Shown piece after piece: positions 9,348 through 18,033 of a stretch of 64,000 bases of DNA; within the stretch, counting starts at the first letter, position 1, and every line of letters begins with the position of its first letter. Origin of the DNA: Candidatus Udaeobacter sp. (GTDB taxonomy: Bacteria > Patescibacteriota > Patescibacteriia > Magasanikbacterales > GWA2-37-8); contig DATION010000002.1 of NCBI GenBank assembly GCA_035473115.1, positions 169,374-233,373 on the forward strand, read 5' to 3'. The notes under the pieces were generated by a model, which was not told the origin of the DNA, ran no database searches, and was given only the letters and a program-made list of their open reading frames with translations. A program made the position numbers and the translations under genes.

Positions 9348-10013
9348 CTAGAAGACCTGCGGCCTTCTGCTTCCTTGCCGATAAATACAAGCTCGCGGTT
9401 CCCATTCCTCTAGCTGTTCTATCGGGAAGAACATCTCGCAGTTGCCTTTTTGGTGAAGCACGATCACATCATCAACATCTGTCATTGCTGAATCCAGAAT
9501 AACATTCACTCTCGGCAACCTACCTTCGGCTGCCTGAGATTCAGTACCTGCAAACAAACGCACCTTATCACAGTACAAGCTTTCGCTTGGTCGCCTGCAC
9601 TCACCCGGCTTGAAAGCAATAGTTACGTCAAAGGTAACTTCTGCATCCTCAGGAGCTTGGAAATAGAACATGTTACGGTTACCATCAACCGTATTCAGGT
9701 AGACAAAATCTACGCTAAAGCCACCGTTTACGTTGATGACACTGGCTCCGACCCTGGGCCAACCTCCCGAAGGTGGGTTTACCACTTCTAGGTGGTACAC
9801 CTTCATGATTTCTGGCGGGGTTCCCGCATCTGCTGGCACTCCCGTATCCTCCACACTGGCACCTGCCGGCACTGCGGCATCCCTCATCTGGATGTCTGGT
9901 AACACTTGCGTTTCATTATCCTTGCCTTTACACCCGTCTGCCATGATCAACGCAATGATCACAGCCGCAACGATAATGAGCGACTTCCTTGAGAGGTTCT
10001 GCAGCATGCGCAT
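9348..10013 (-). CDS. secreted lipoprotein, hypothetical (Cys-containing, elevated GC)
   Basis: Signal peptide with lipobox LIMADGC. AAGGAG SD 4 nt before the ATG. A TTGACA-17 promoter-like sequence lies upstream. Confidence 0.65.
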   Translation of the reverse strand: MRMLQNLSRKSLIIVAAVIIALIMADGCKGKDNETQVLPDIQMRDAAVPAGASVEDTGVPADAGTPPEIMKVYHLEVVNPPSGGWPRVGASVINVNGGFSVDFVYLNTVDGNRNMFYFQAPEDAEVTFDVTIAFKPGECRRPSESLYCDKVRLFAGTESQAAEGRLPRVNVILDSAMTDVDDVIVLHQKGNCEMFFPIEQLEEWEPRACIYRQGSRRPQVF

Positions 10014-10170
10014 TGAACTCCTTTAAATTGATACCAGAACCGTTCTGGCAAACGCCGCCAACTAATAGGCGGACAAAATAAAGTACCATAAAAGTAATTT
10101 TTTGTCAAAGGTAATTTATGTAAAATAACGATGAATTGCTTTTGCAATAAGTTTCTGCTAAAATGCAAAA

Positions 10171-10617
10171 ATGATTACCAATCTTGCCGAAAATAAAAAG
10201 GCGCTATTTGACTATGAAATCCTGGAAAAATACGAGGCTGGTTTAGTGCTGTCCGGACAAGAAGTAAAATCAGCTAAAGCTGGTCAAATTAACCTAAAAG
10301 GGTCATATGTAACTTTTCATGATGGCAAAGCTTTTGTTTTGAATATGCATATCACCAAATATAAGCCGGCCGGTCCTCTCCCCGACTATGATCCAACCCG
10401 AACTCGCCAATTACTTCTACACAAAAAAGAAATAGCTTATTTACAGGGAAAATCGCTGGAAAGGGGCTTGACAATAGTGCCTTTAAAAGTGTATACTAAA
10501 CAACGCTTGATAAAGATTGAGGTCGCAATTGCCAAAGGACGCAAGAATTACGACAAAAGAGAAGTCATTAAGACCAGAGAATTAAAAAGAGAACTTGATC
10601 GAGCAAGAAAAAATTAG
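10171..10617 (+). CDS. smpB: SsrA-binding protein SmpB
   Basis: N-terminus KKALFDYEILEKYEAGLVLSGQEVKS is typical SmpB, 148 aa. Confidence 0.9.
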   Translation: MITNLAENKKALFDYEILEKYEAGLVLSGQEVKSAKAGQINLKGSYVTFHDGKAFVLNMHITKYKPAGPLPDYDPTRTRQLLLHKKEIAYLQGKSLERGLTIVPLKVYTKQRLIKIEVAIAKGRKNYDKREVIKTRELKRELDRARKN

Positions 10618-11009
10618 GGGGTGCCGGGCCTTCGACAGAAGCTCCTGGCTACACTGGCATACCGAGGCGGCTCGCAGCCTTGTAAAAAACAGAGCAATAT
10701 AATAAGTGCAAACTTATTTACAAAAGCTAAAGTTGCTGTAGCAAATTTATTTGCTGTTAGCGCTTTCGCTCCGGTAATGGCTTAATACCCAATACCCATC
10801 GCGCCAATGATACTCTGTAATTGGTTAGCGGTGTCACTAACAGAGAGTAGTTCTGCCGCAGTGTCGTCTGCGACAAAATGAAATTCCAACGACTCGTCAA
10901 TGCAATTTTCGTCCCCTTCTATTGCGTTGACTAAAAAACAAGGGACACTAAGTATGTAGAAGGTTTAGTCAAAGTTATCTACACGCGAGTTCAACTCTCG
11001 CCACCTCCA
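10617..11009 (+). ncRNA. ssrA: tmRNA (ssrA)
   Basis: The 5' GGGGGUG pairs with the 3' CACCUCC to give an acceptor stem with a G3:U70 pair. A T-arm gcgag-ttcaact-ctcgc precedes it. It lies directly after smpB. The candidate tag ORF ends ...FAPVMA-TAA at 10783-10785. Confidence 0.7.
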
Positions 11010-11045
11010 CGACGCTGAGCGTCGTAATAGGAACGCTTAGCGTTC
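11010..11045. promoter_or_regulatory. twin palindromes ACGCTGAGCGT / ACGCTTAGCGT spaced 21 bp centre to centre
   Basis: cgACGCTGAGCGTcg-taatag-gaACGCTTAGCGTtc, immediately 3' of tmRNA and 5' of infC. The same pair occurs at 50369-50404. Confidence 0.6.
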
Positions 11046-11061
11046 CACAACACTTCGCCCT

Positions 11062-11607
11062 ATGCGTATATCACACAAAAAACATAAACCCGAGCCAAAA
11101 AAAACATACTTTTTTAATGCGGGCATAACTGTTCCGGAAGTTTTGGTCTTAAATAATGATGGAACAAATTTGGGAGTAATGAAGCCGGTTGATGGCGTGC
11201 GTTTGGCCAAAGAACAAGAATTAGATTTGGTTCTAATTAATCCAAAAACAACTCCACCAGTCGCAAAAATTATTGATTTTGGACAGTTTAAATACCAACA
11301 AGAAAAAGAAGAGCGTTTAAAACAAGCTCATGCTCATGTCACTGAAGTAAAAGGAATTCGCTTATCTCTACGCATCAGCCCGCACGACATGAAGAATAGA
11401 GAAAATCAGACTATAGAATTTTTAAATGATGGCGACAAAGTTAAAATAGAGATATTTTTAAAAGGCCGAGAAATGCAGCAAAAACAGATGGCTCGCGAAA
11501 TAATTGAAAAATTTATAAACAACGTCAACATTTTAGTGCCAGTTCGCAAAGATCAAGAAATAGAATCACAATTTAATAAAGTGACAGCAATTATCGCGAA
11601 GCGATAA
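11062..11607 (+). CDS. infC: translation initiation factor IF-3
   Basis: IF3 N- and C-domain pattern (VLVLNNDGTNLGVM...). First gene of the infC-rpmI-rplT operon order. Confidence 0.85.
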   Translation: MRISHKKHKPEPKKTYFFNAGITVPEVLVLNNDGTNLGVMKPVDGVRLAKEQELDLVLINPKTTPPVAKIIDFGQFKYQQEKEERLKQAHAHVTEVKGIRLSLRISPHDMKNRENQTIEFLNDGDKVKIEIFLKGREMQQKQMAREIIEKFINNVNILVPVRKDQEIESQFNKVTAIIAKR

Positions 11608-11611
11608 TCAC

Positions 11612-11643
11612 TGTCATCCTGAGGTTATAAACCGAAGGATCTC
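11612..11643. repeat. TGTCATCC...GGATCT dispersed repeat, copy B
   Basis: tgtcatcctgaggttataaaccgaaggatctc, directly after the infC stop. Confidence 0.55.
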
Positions 11644-11655
11644 TAAGTTATAAAT

Positions 11656-11853
11656 ATGCCTAAACTAAAAACCCACAAAGCCACAGCCAAGAGATATAAG
11701 CTGACAAAAAATGGAAAAATAATGAAACGTACAGCCGGACAAAACCACTTTAACGCCAGAGAAAATGGAAAAACAGGCCGCAACAAAAAATCCGATGTGG
11801 TTGCCAGCCAAAGTTTACGCCGAGTAATGCAAGTAAATTTACCTAACAGCTAA
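11656..11853 (+). CDS. rpmI: 50S ribosomal protein L35
   Basis: [25 protein letters not shown] is the L35 signature. Confidence 0.9.
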   Translation: MPKLKTHKATAKRYKLTKNGKIMKRTAGQNHFNARENGKTGRNKKSDVVASQSLRRVMQVNLPNS

Positions 11854-11947
11854 TTTAAAATAAATATATAGGCCAAAAGGCATATATTCTCATTCGCTCG
11901 AGAAAGGATTAAACACATTTAATCTTTTTACTCACTCACTTTCGAAT

Positions 11948-12292
11948 ATGACAAGAGTTAAAGGTGGTCTTCTCCACTCCAAACGCCGCCGCGGAATTTT
12001 AAAACATACCCGTGGTTTTAAATGGGGCAGAAAATCCAAAATCAAAGTAGCCAAAGTTGCTAAAATGAAGGCTGGTCAGCACGCTTTCTCCGATCGCCGT
12101 CAAAAAAAGCGCACCAACCGAGGCATCTGGAATGTTCGCATCAACGCAGCAGTCAGAGAATTCGGATTAAGCTACAGCAGACTCATTGACGCTCTCAAGA
12201 AAAATAACATTGCCCTTGATAGAAAAATTTTAGCGGAATTGGCAGAAAAACACGGCTCCGTGTTTGCCAAAATAGTAGAATCCGTAAAATAA
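11948..12292 (+). CDS. rplT: 50S ribosomal protein L20
   Basis: MTRVKGG...RRQKKR..WNVRINAAVRE is the L20 signature. Confidence 0.9.
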   Translation: MTRVKGGLLHSKRRRGILKHTRGFKWGRKSKIKVAKVAKMKAGQHAFSDRRQKKRTNRGIWNVRINAAVREFGLSYSRLIDALKKNNIALDRKILAELAEKHGSVFAKIVESVK

Positions 12293-12594
12293 ATATTCAC
12301 AGCCCAGACCCTTGACAGCAAAAAATAAAATTAGTATACTGTTTAAAACTTAAAGGCCCTGATGATGTTTGGTATCAGAAGGAATCGTACCCTCCTTCGA
12401 TTTCTTTTCTCTTACCAAACACTATCGGGGTCTTTTTTGTTAGTGACGAGATTATCAGAAGTGAAACATAGTGATAATCCGTCTGGCTAACAATGACACC
12501 CAAACGGCGCTGTTAGCGCCCAAAATTTATGAATACATTTGTCTTTTATTTTTTTATACTGTAAGATTAAATAATTAGAATTTTTAACAAAAAT

Positions 12595-13185
12595 ATGCTG
12601 GAAAGCCTTAGTTACCAACCAACAGTAGAAGCAAAGGGAGATAGAACACAAATTTGGTTAGCAGAAATTTTATCAACTGATACACGACAATTTATCTTAA
12701 ACACTCTTAGAAAAAACAATTCTTCTCTTTCAGAAGCTGATGCAGAAGACGTTACGCAACAAGTAATCTTCAAAGCAAGCGAAGCGATTAAAAAAGGACA
12801 GTTTAAAGCTGAGTCAAAATTAAAAACCTGGTTATATACAATAATCAAGCGTGAAGGTCTTAATTTTTTAAGAACACGAAATGTGCGGCCGGTTGCAACA
12901 GATTTTATTTCTCCAGGAAATGAGCTGCCAGATACTAACCTAACAGATTTAGAAACTAAAATAGATGAAGAAGCAAGAAAAGCAGAATTAAAAAAAATGA
13001 TTGTTCTGGCCAACAGGATACTAGAAAAAGGACAGGCAACCGCATTTCGATTACATGCTGAGGGTCTATCCTATGAACAAATTGCAGAACAAATGGGAAT
13101 AGTTCCCGGAACCGCAAAAAGCCAAGTATCCAAAGCGGTTGGGTATTTAAGAGCCATGTACGATAAAAAAAATAAATCCGTTTAA
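12595..13185 (+). CDS. RNA polymerase sigma-70 family (ECF-like) sigma factor
   Basis: Region-2-like DAEDVTQQVIFKA...TWLYTIIKRE and a region-4 HTH LHAEGLSYEQIAEQMGIVPGTAKSQVSKA. Confidence 0.7.
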   Translation: MLESLSYQPTVEAKGDRTQIWLAEILSTDTRQFILNTLRKNNSSLSEADAEDVTQQVIFKASEAIKKGQFKAESKLKTWLYTIIKREGLNFLRTRNVRPVATDFISPGNELPDTNLTDLETKIDEEARKAELKKMIVLANRILEKGQATAFRLHAEGLSYEQIAEQMGIVPGTAKSQVSKAVGYLRAMYDKKNKSV

Positions 13186-13231
13186 TATTGACAAAACTTG
13201 CATTTCCAAGTATCATTCTTGCATAACTTTT

Positions 13232-13305
13232 GGGTCGGTAGTTCAACTGGTTAGAGCACTGCCCTGTCACGGCAGAAGTTGCGGGTTCGAGTCCCGTCCG
13301 ACCCG
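13232..13305 (+). tRNA. tRNA-Asp (anticodon GTC)
   Basis: Cloverleaf with 7-bp acceptor gggtcgg/ccgaccc, anticodon loop ctGTCac and T-loop ttcgagt. No encoded CCA. Confidence 0.85.
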
Positions 13306-13311
13306 CTCACA

Positions 13312-13342
13312 AAAACGTAGCTTATCCTAGCTATGTTTTTTG
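13312..13342 (+). terminator. intrinsic terminator after tRNA-Asp
   Basis: Hairpin acgtagct-tatcc-agctatgt followed by tttttt. Confidence 0.5.
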
Positions 13343-13404
13343 TTACCCCTAGTGTGGTTTAAAACCCTGTGATAGAGTATTATGGAGTTTATAAATTTAA
13401 TTAT

Positions 13405-13662
13405 ATGACGAACATTCACCGTGGTTTAGATATACTTACCGAAGAAGCTCGAGCGCGCTGCATTAAAGAAATTATCGGATTTTTTCAAGATGAGCGAGAC
13501 GAAACTATAGGAATCATTGCTGCTGAGGATGTATTGGATTTTTTCTTACAAAACATAGCATCGGATATTTATAATAAAGCAGTTGAGGATACAAAGGGCC
13601 TTCTCAAGCAACAACTGGAAGGATTGGATTTTGAAATTGATTTGTTAAAGAAACAAAAATAA
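13405..13662 (+). CDS. small conserved protein, DUF2164-like
   Basis: ~85 aa with ...AAEDVLDFFLQNIASDIYNKAV... Tentative family assignment. Confidence 0.35.
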   Translation: MTNIHRGLDILTEEARARCIKEIIGFFQDERDETIGIIAAEDVLDFFLQNIASDIYNKAVEDTKGLLKQQLEGLDFEIDLLKKQK

Positions 13663-13721
13663 CCAACCGACTTTAGGTTGCCCTGGCTACATAACCAAGT
13701 CCCATACTCCCCACTCTAAAT

Positions 13722-13752
13722 AAAAAATAGCTGTAACAAGCTATTTTTTATT
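13722..13752. terminator. bidirectional terminator between convergent genes
   Basis: 9-bp stem aaaatagct/agctatttt with loop gtaaca, then a T-run. Confidence 0.55.
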
Positions 13753-13764
13753 TGCCTAGAAATT

Positions 13765-14403
13765 TTAGAAGTGAAAAACAGTTGATGTCAAAGGAAGCGC
13801 TGCAGAGAGAACAAAACCGTCTGGTATTCTAATTACTTGGAGAAGGTCGCCATTATTATTTTCAGCGTTTACTCTAAAAATCTTAAATTGTAATATTCCA
13901 TGATCTGTTGATGTAGGGAAAGTGTCGGCCAGTAAACGAAGCTCTTTTGATTGACCTGATGGAATAGCTAACAGTAGGTTGTTAAAATCAAAAGTTGTGG
14001 TGGTAAAATGACTCCAAATTCCCAAAACAACTCCATCTGATACAAGTTTAAGTCTGCGAATATGAGAATTGATTACGGAAAGAGAAGAAACCGTTGAGGT
14101 TGTTGAAGAAGTCGAGATTCTTAGGCGCAGTGATTTTACCGATGCATCTTGGGTAGAAGAAGTATGAGGATATGGAGGAAGATTATTGTGAAAGGTAAAA
14201 CCAAAAAGTTCTGTAGCAGTGCTGTTTGCCGGAAAGATTGTGGAAAATGCAAAACCGTCAGTGCGTTCTATTAAGAACCCACTTGGCAATATATTTGATT
14301 TTTTATGACCCTGCGAAGAACCGTAGTTATTATTATAAAGATAAGCGAGAATGATGGATATGATTATTAAAATCAAGATCCATAAACAACTTTTTTTATT
14401 CAT
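13765..14403 (-). CDS. N-terminally anchored secreted protein, Ser/Thr-rich, hypothetical
   Basis: N-terminal hydrophobic anchor LWILILIIISIILAYL. No known motif. Confidence 0.5.
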   Translation of the reverse strand: MNKKSCLWILILIIISIILAYLYNNNYGSSQGHKKSNILPSGFLIERTDGFAFSTIFPANSTATELFGFTFHNNLPPYPHTSSTQDASVKSLRLRISTSSTTSTVSSLSVINSHIRRLKLVSDGVVLGIWSHFTTTTFDFNNLLLAIPSGQSKELRLLADTFPTSTDHGILQFKIFRVNAENNNGDLLQVIRIPDGFVLSAALPLTSTVFHF

Positions 14404-14509
14404 ACAATTTAAATTAAAGTAGTAATGCTTTTATTATACACCAAAATTAATTAAAAGTATAAAAAACTAACTAATTTTAATTTAAACTTTAAAAATACTG
14501 ATTTTTTAG

Positions 14510-14545
14510 CAAAAGACCACCATGATTATGGCGGTCTTTTGGCTG
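14510..14545 (-). terminator. terminator hairpin downstream of the 14617-15039 minus gene
   Basis: aaaagaccacc-atgattat-ggcggtctttt. Confidence 0.4.
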
Positions 14546-14616
14546 AACCCGACTTTAGACTTCGCTTACTAATCTCAACTGTGAGATCAGCCAGACGCAT
14601 ATGCAGAGTCAGGTAC

Positions 14617-15039
14617 TCAATCTTCTTGGGGTTTCTTCATCCAACTCTTCCTCCAGGGAGGATAAATCCAAGCTACAACTATAATCACACTGCTTATACC
14701 AAGCGGTATGACTATGTTCCAAAAAGTGCATGTCCACAACTCTCGCATAATCGCCGTCTTATAGATGAAGACGTAGCAGTAGTGGACCATACCGGTCATG
14801 GCAGCGGCATTCTTGACAAATGGCTTGCCGAAATAAATCAGAAGAGCAATTGCCAGAACGACTACACCTGCATAGATCTCAAACGGGCTTGCTGTAATTG
14901 CCATTGCTTTGACTCCTTGGTATTGGAGAAACGTGTAAATTTGATATCCCCTGACTTTAAACCTAAGGGATGAAGAAGTATAAAACATATTTTCTATTTT
15001 GTCAATAATTTCATATGCTCTAACCTGATACATATGCAT
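14617..15039 (-). CDS. small membrane protein, hypothetical
   Basis: Several TM segments. Preferred over the overlapping plus-strand ORF because of hydrophobic periodicity and the downstream terminator. Confidence 0.3.
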   Translation of the reverse strand: MHMYQVRAYEIIDKIENMFYTSSSLRFKVRGYQIYTFLQYQGVKAMAITASPFEIYAGVVVLAIALLIYFGKPFVKNAAAMTGMVHYCYVFIYKTAIMRELWTCTFWNIVIPLGISSVIIVVAWIYPPWRKSWMKKPQED

Positions 15040-15042
15040 ATC

Positions 15043-15071
15043 TTGACAAAATTAGTAATTTATAATATAAT
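15043..15071 (+). promoter_or_regulatory. consensus sigma70 promoter TTGACA-17-TATAAT
   Basis: cTTGACAaaattagtaatttataaTATAAT, pointing into the high-GC island at 15131-15560. Confidence 0.5.
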
Positions 15072-15172
15072 TTGCTATTACTTTAATAATATATATTTTC
15101 ACCGGAAAATGGACAATAAAACAATATTGTTCATTTTCCTGCGAAAATGCAGGGGAAGGGATTGAAGAGCCA

Positions 15173-15505
15173 ATGGCAGAAAAACTGGCTGAAAACGGTG
15201 ATCACATCGTGCTGACTGGAGATACCGACGTAGGCACGGGGATGGAGAGAGCCGTTGTATTCCACCATAACGGCACCTCCAGCAACGTCCTCGTATCGGA
15301 AGGTGGCAAGGGCGGACAGGACTTCTTCATGGAGCCATGCGGTGAGTTCGGCTACATGGAGACAGGCGTTGGTCACGTCCGTGTTGGCAGCGGACACAAC
15401 GGTCCTCCGTTGGTGAACTGTTCCGCGTTCCGCCAGCGGATCGTGGACATGTTCGGCGAGCACCCGCTCGATCCGAGCCACCCTGACAACCAGCACCGCG
15501 CCTAA
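15173..15505 (+). CDS. hypothetical protein in high-GC island (strand uncertain; an overlapping minus ORF 15131-15550 exists)
   Basis: ~60% GC island. The upstream consensus promoter favours the plus strand. No homology recognised. Confidence 0.3.
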   Translation: MAEKLAENGDHIVLTGDTDVGTGMERAVVFHHNGTSSNVLVSEGGKGGQDFFMEPCGEFGYMETGVGHVRVGSGHNGPPLVNCSAFRQRIVDMFGEHPLDPSHPDNQHRA

Positions 15506-15667
15506 CCCCCTTTCACGTTCAGGTAGACCGCAGTTCTCACGCTCATTCATGAGGCAAGCGGTGCAACAGCTCTGTTCGCTCCACTTGTTTGCAAGTTAAA
15601 ATTTGACTTTCAAACAGGGAGGATTATTAGCGAACAGAGTTTTTGTTTATCAGATATTTTTAATTAA

Positions 15668-15702
15668 AAAAAACAAAAGCGTTCCAAAGGAACGCCGCCT
15701 AC
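15668..15702 (-). terminator. intrinsic terminator for the 15723-16331 gene
   Basis: Minus strand gcgttcc-ttt-ggaacgc followed by tttgtttttttt. Confidence 0.55.
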
Positions 15703-15722
15703 CTACCAAAACCAACCGTCAT

Positions 15723-16331
15723 CTAGCCCCAAGGAAACGGTTCTAGTGTAATATCCGGGAATTTACTCTTTACTCTCGCCGCTAACTCAGAAATCTTGCT
15801 CGGATCGGAATTACCTGCTTCGATCAGAGCCAAACCATTTACTTGCGCCAGCCATGTTTCTGTATCCATTTTACTTTGACAATGACTACAAAGTAAAATA
15901 TCCCCTGTCCAGAGCCCACCACCTCTCAATCCAGAAAAAGTTACACCATAATATCTTACGATATGCCATTGAGGAACCCAACCGTCTTTCCTGCCTACAA
16001 AGTAATCATACGGTATGCTCCGATCCTCAGTTTGACAACGAAAACATACCAAATGCGTAGCTGCGTAGCGCAACCACCAGTTTACAGCGCTTCGGCTTGG
16101 TCTACGCCATTGCAGCAGATTCCCATTTAAAGGACAGAACTTTCCGCTTTCTTGGTTATGTTTATCAAGCTCATTGCCGCATCTTTGGCAAACAAGCTTG
16201 AACCTTTCCGAATGGGAATGTTGACTTGGTAAAAGAAAAAAACAAGCTTGCGGCCGGTCAGTTATCTCTCTAACCCAGACTGCAGACCCGCATTTTTCAC
16301 AAACCGTTGCACTACCTTCTTGATTGGCCAC
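15723..16331 (-). CDS. Cys-rich zinc-ribbon-like protein, hypothetical
   Basis: Multiple CxxC pairs (CEKCGS, CQRCGN, CFRC, CSHC). Elevated GC. Confidence 0.55.
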   Translation of the reverse strand: MANQEGSATVCEKCGSAVWVREITDRPQACFFLLPSQHSHSERFKLVCQRCGNELDKHNQESGKFCPLNGNLLQWRRPSRSAVNWWLRYAATHLVCFRCQTEDRSIPYDYFVGRKDGWVPQWHIVRYYGVTFSGLRGGGLWTGDILLCSHCQSKMDTETWLAQVNGLALIEAGNSDPSKISELAARVKSKFPDITLEPFPWG

Positions 16332-16447
16332 GACAAACCTCCATTTGTTTTAGTATAAACATACTAGCAGCGAACCTATAAATAGTCAAAGCTCAAAACC
16401 AATTATAATGCTTTACAAATGAGTACAAATATAGTAAAATCAACTGC

Positions 16448-16879
16448 ATGAAGCTAAATTTTAAAGACATACTCAATTTATTACTTCTCCCCTTTTTAGT
16501 ATACGAATGTAATGCTATTTGTTTATCCTCAGCGCCGGATTTTTATAATACATACAGCGTAGATACCCTTTCTCATTTTTTAGGCGGATTAACTATCGCC
16601 TATAGTATTTACTATATTTTGTCTTTACTAGAAAAAAAGGATTGGATCCTAGTTAAAAAAAATTACTTAAAAGCCGGAGTTATCATTACCGCGACGGTAA
16701 CTATAGCAGTCTGGTGGGAATTTTATGAATTTATTTCCGATTATTTTTTAGGAACCTTAATGCAGCCAAGCATCGCCGATACTATGAAAGACCTCTGTAT
16801 GGGAATGCTGGGAGCAGTTGTCCTTTCTATTGTAATGATTTATCGAACAAAAAAACCTCAATCTCCAAATTTAAATTAA
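16448..16879 (+). CDS. small integral membrane protein, hypothetical
   Basis: 4 predicted TM helices. Confidence 0.5.
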   Translation: MKLNFKDILNLLLLPFLVYECNAICLSSAPDFYNTYSVDTLSHFLGGLTIAYSIYYILSLLEKKDWILVKKNYLKAGVIITATVTIAVWWEFYEFISDYFLGTLMQPSIADTMKDLCMGMLGAVVLSIVMIYRTKKPQSPNLN

Positions 16880-16889
16880 AACTAAATTT

Positions 16890-17633
16890 ATGTTGACAAA
16901 CATAATACTCGCAACTTTACTCGTCGGGATAATCGGCGCCGTTGGCGCATATGGTATCGTTAATTTTTTTGCCCACGAGCATCATAAATTAATGTTTCTG
17001 GTTAGTTTTGCCGCCGGCACTATGATCGCTGTCTCTTTTTTTGATTTACTGCCAGAAGCTTTGGAAAAAAATAGTAACTTAATGGGTTTAATGGAATTTA
17101 CCGTGATTGGTTTCTTAATCTTTTTACTAATAGAAAAAACTTTCCTCTACTATCATTGCCATGAAGAAGATTGCGATACCCATGCTTCTAAAAAACTCAT
17201 TATTTTTGGCAGCAGCGTCCATAATTTTTTAGATGGCATCACCATTGCCGCTAGCTTCATGGCCAGCATCAACGTAGGCATATTTACCACTTTAGCTATC
17301 ATTATCCATGAAATTCCTCATGAAATTGGTGAATTTGGAGTTTTGATGCATGGTGGTTATAGCAAATTAAAAGCTTTAACCGTAAATCTATTTACTGCTC
17401 TAGTGGCTGTAATGGGCGGATTAGCAGCATATTACTCGCTAAACAGCTTCAAAAGCTTTATACCATACGTGTTGGCTTTTACCGCCGGAGGATTTATTTA
17501 TATTTCAGCCACAGACCTATTACCAGAAATACAAAAAAGTAGCGAAACAAGACTGCAGATATTTTTACATAGTGTGATTTTCATTGTCGGTATTGTTATA
17601 CTATGGTTGCTGATAAAAGTAATGGCTGAATAA
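16890..17633 (+). CDS. zupT: ZIP-family zinc/metal transporter (ZupT-like)
   Basis: ZIP hallmark motifs HNFLDGITIA and HEIPHEIGEFGVL, plus a His-rich loop HCHEEDCDTH. Confidence 0.85.
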   Translation: MLTNIILATLLVGIIGAVGAYGIVNFFAHEHHKLMFLVSFAAGTMIAVSFFDLLPEALEKNSNLMGLMEFTVIGFLIFLLIEKTFLYYHCHEEDCDTHASKKLIIFGSSVHNFLDGITIAASFMASINVGIFTTLAIIIHEIPHEIGEFGVLMHGGYSKLKALTVNLFTALVAVMGGLAAYYSLNSFKSFIPYVLAFTAGGFIYISATDLLPEIQKSSETRLQIFLHSVIFIVGIVILWLLIKVMAE

Positions 17634-17697
17634 ATTTTAATATTAAAACAAAAAAGACGCTTCATTTTTATGGCGCGTCTTTTTGTTTTAAAGCTAT

Positions 17698-17997
17698 TTA
17701 TTTTTTACTAGAAGTTGTTTCTTGAACTGTTGCCGGAATAGCAACGTTCCAACCACCGCGCATCATACCATAACCTTGATAGTTCATCATTGGGTAACCG
17801 CCTCGATCATAATCCCAACCCATATAATAAGCTTTTAACATTCCAATCTTTACGCCAGTGCAAAAAACTATTATTCCGACTACTACCATAGCCAGCAAGC
17901 AAATCAAATGTTTGTGAGCGTAACCATGGCATCCGCCGTGAGCTCCACAGCCGCAGCCGCCCATACCGTTATGAGAATCCATTTTATCGTCGCACAT
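17698..17997 (-). CDS. small Cys/His/Gly-rich membrane protein, putative metal-binding
   Basis: GGCGCGAHGGCHGYAHKH motif followed by a TM helix. Convergent with the ZIP transporter. Confidence 0.5.
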   Translation of the reverse strand: MCDDKMDSHNGMGGCGCGAHGGCHGYAHKHLICLLAMVVVGIIVFCTGVKIGMLKAYYMGWDYDRGGYPMMNYQGYGMMRGGWNVAIPATVQETTSSKK

Positions 17998-18033
17998 AAA
18001 TTATATATAATTAAATTAATATATACCCGACCT

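Noticed and set aside
12612-13270. Minus-strand ORFs 12612-13013 and 12956-13270 overlapping the sigma factor and tRNA-Asp
   Set aside because: They are antisense to a clearly recognisable sigma-70 family gene and run through a tRNA, so spurious.
14539-14973. Plus-strand 144-aa ORF overlapping the minus membrane-protein ORF
   Set aside because: The minus frame has TM periodicity and a downstream terminator. The plus ORF has neither.
15131-15550. Minus-strand 139-aa ORF overlapping the 15173-15505 plus ORF
   Set aside because: It cannot be excluded. The plus strand is preferred only because a consensus promoter points that way. Neither has homology. Listed as uncertain.
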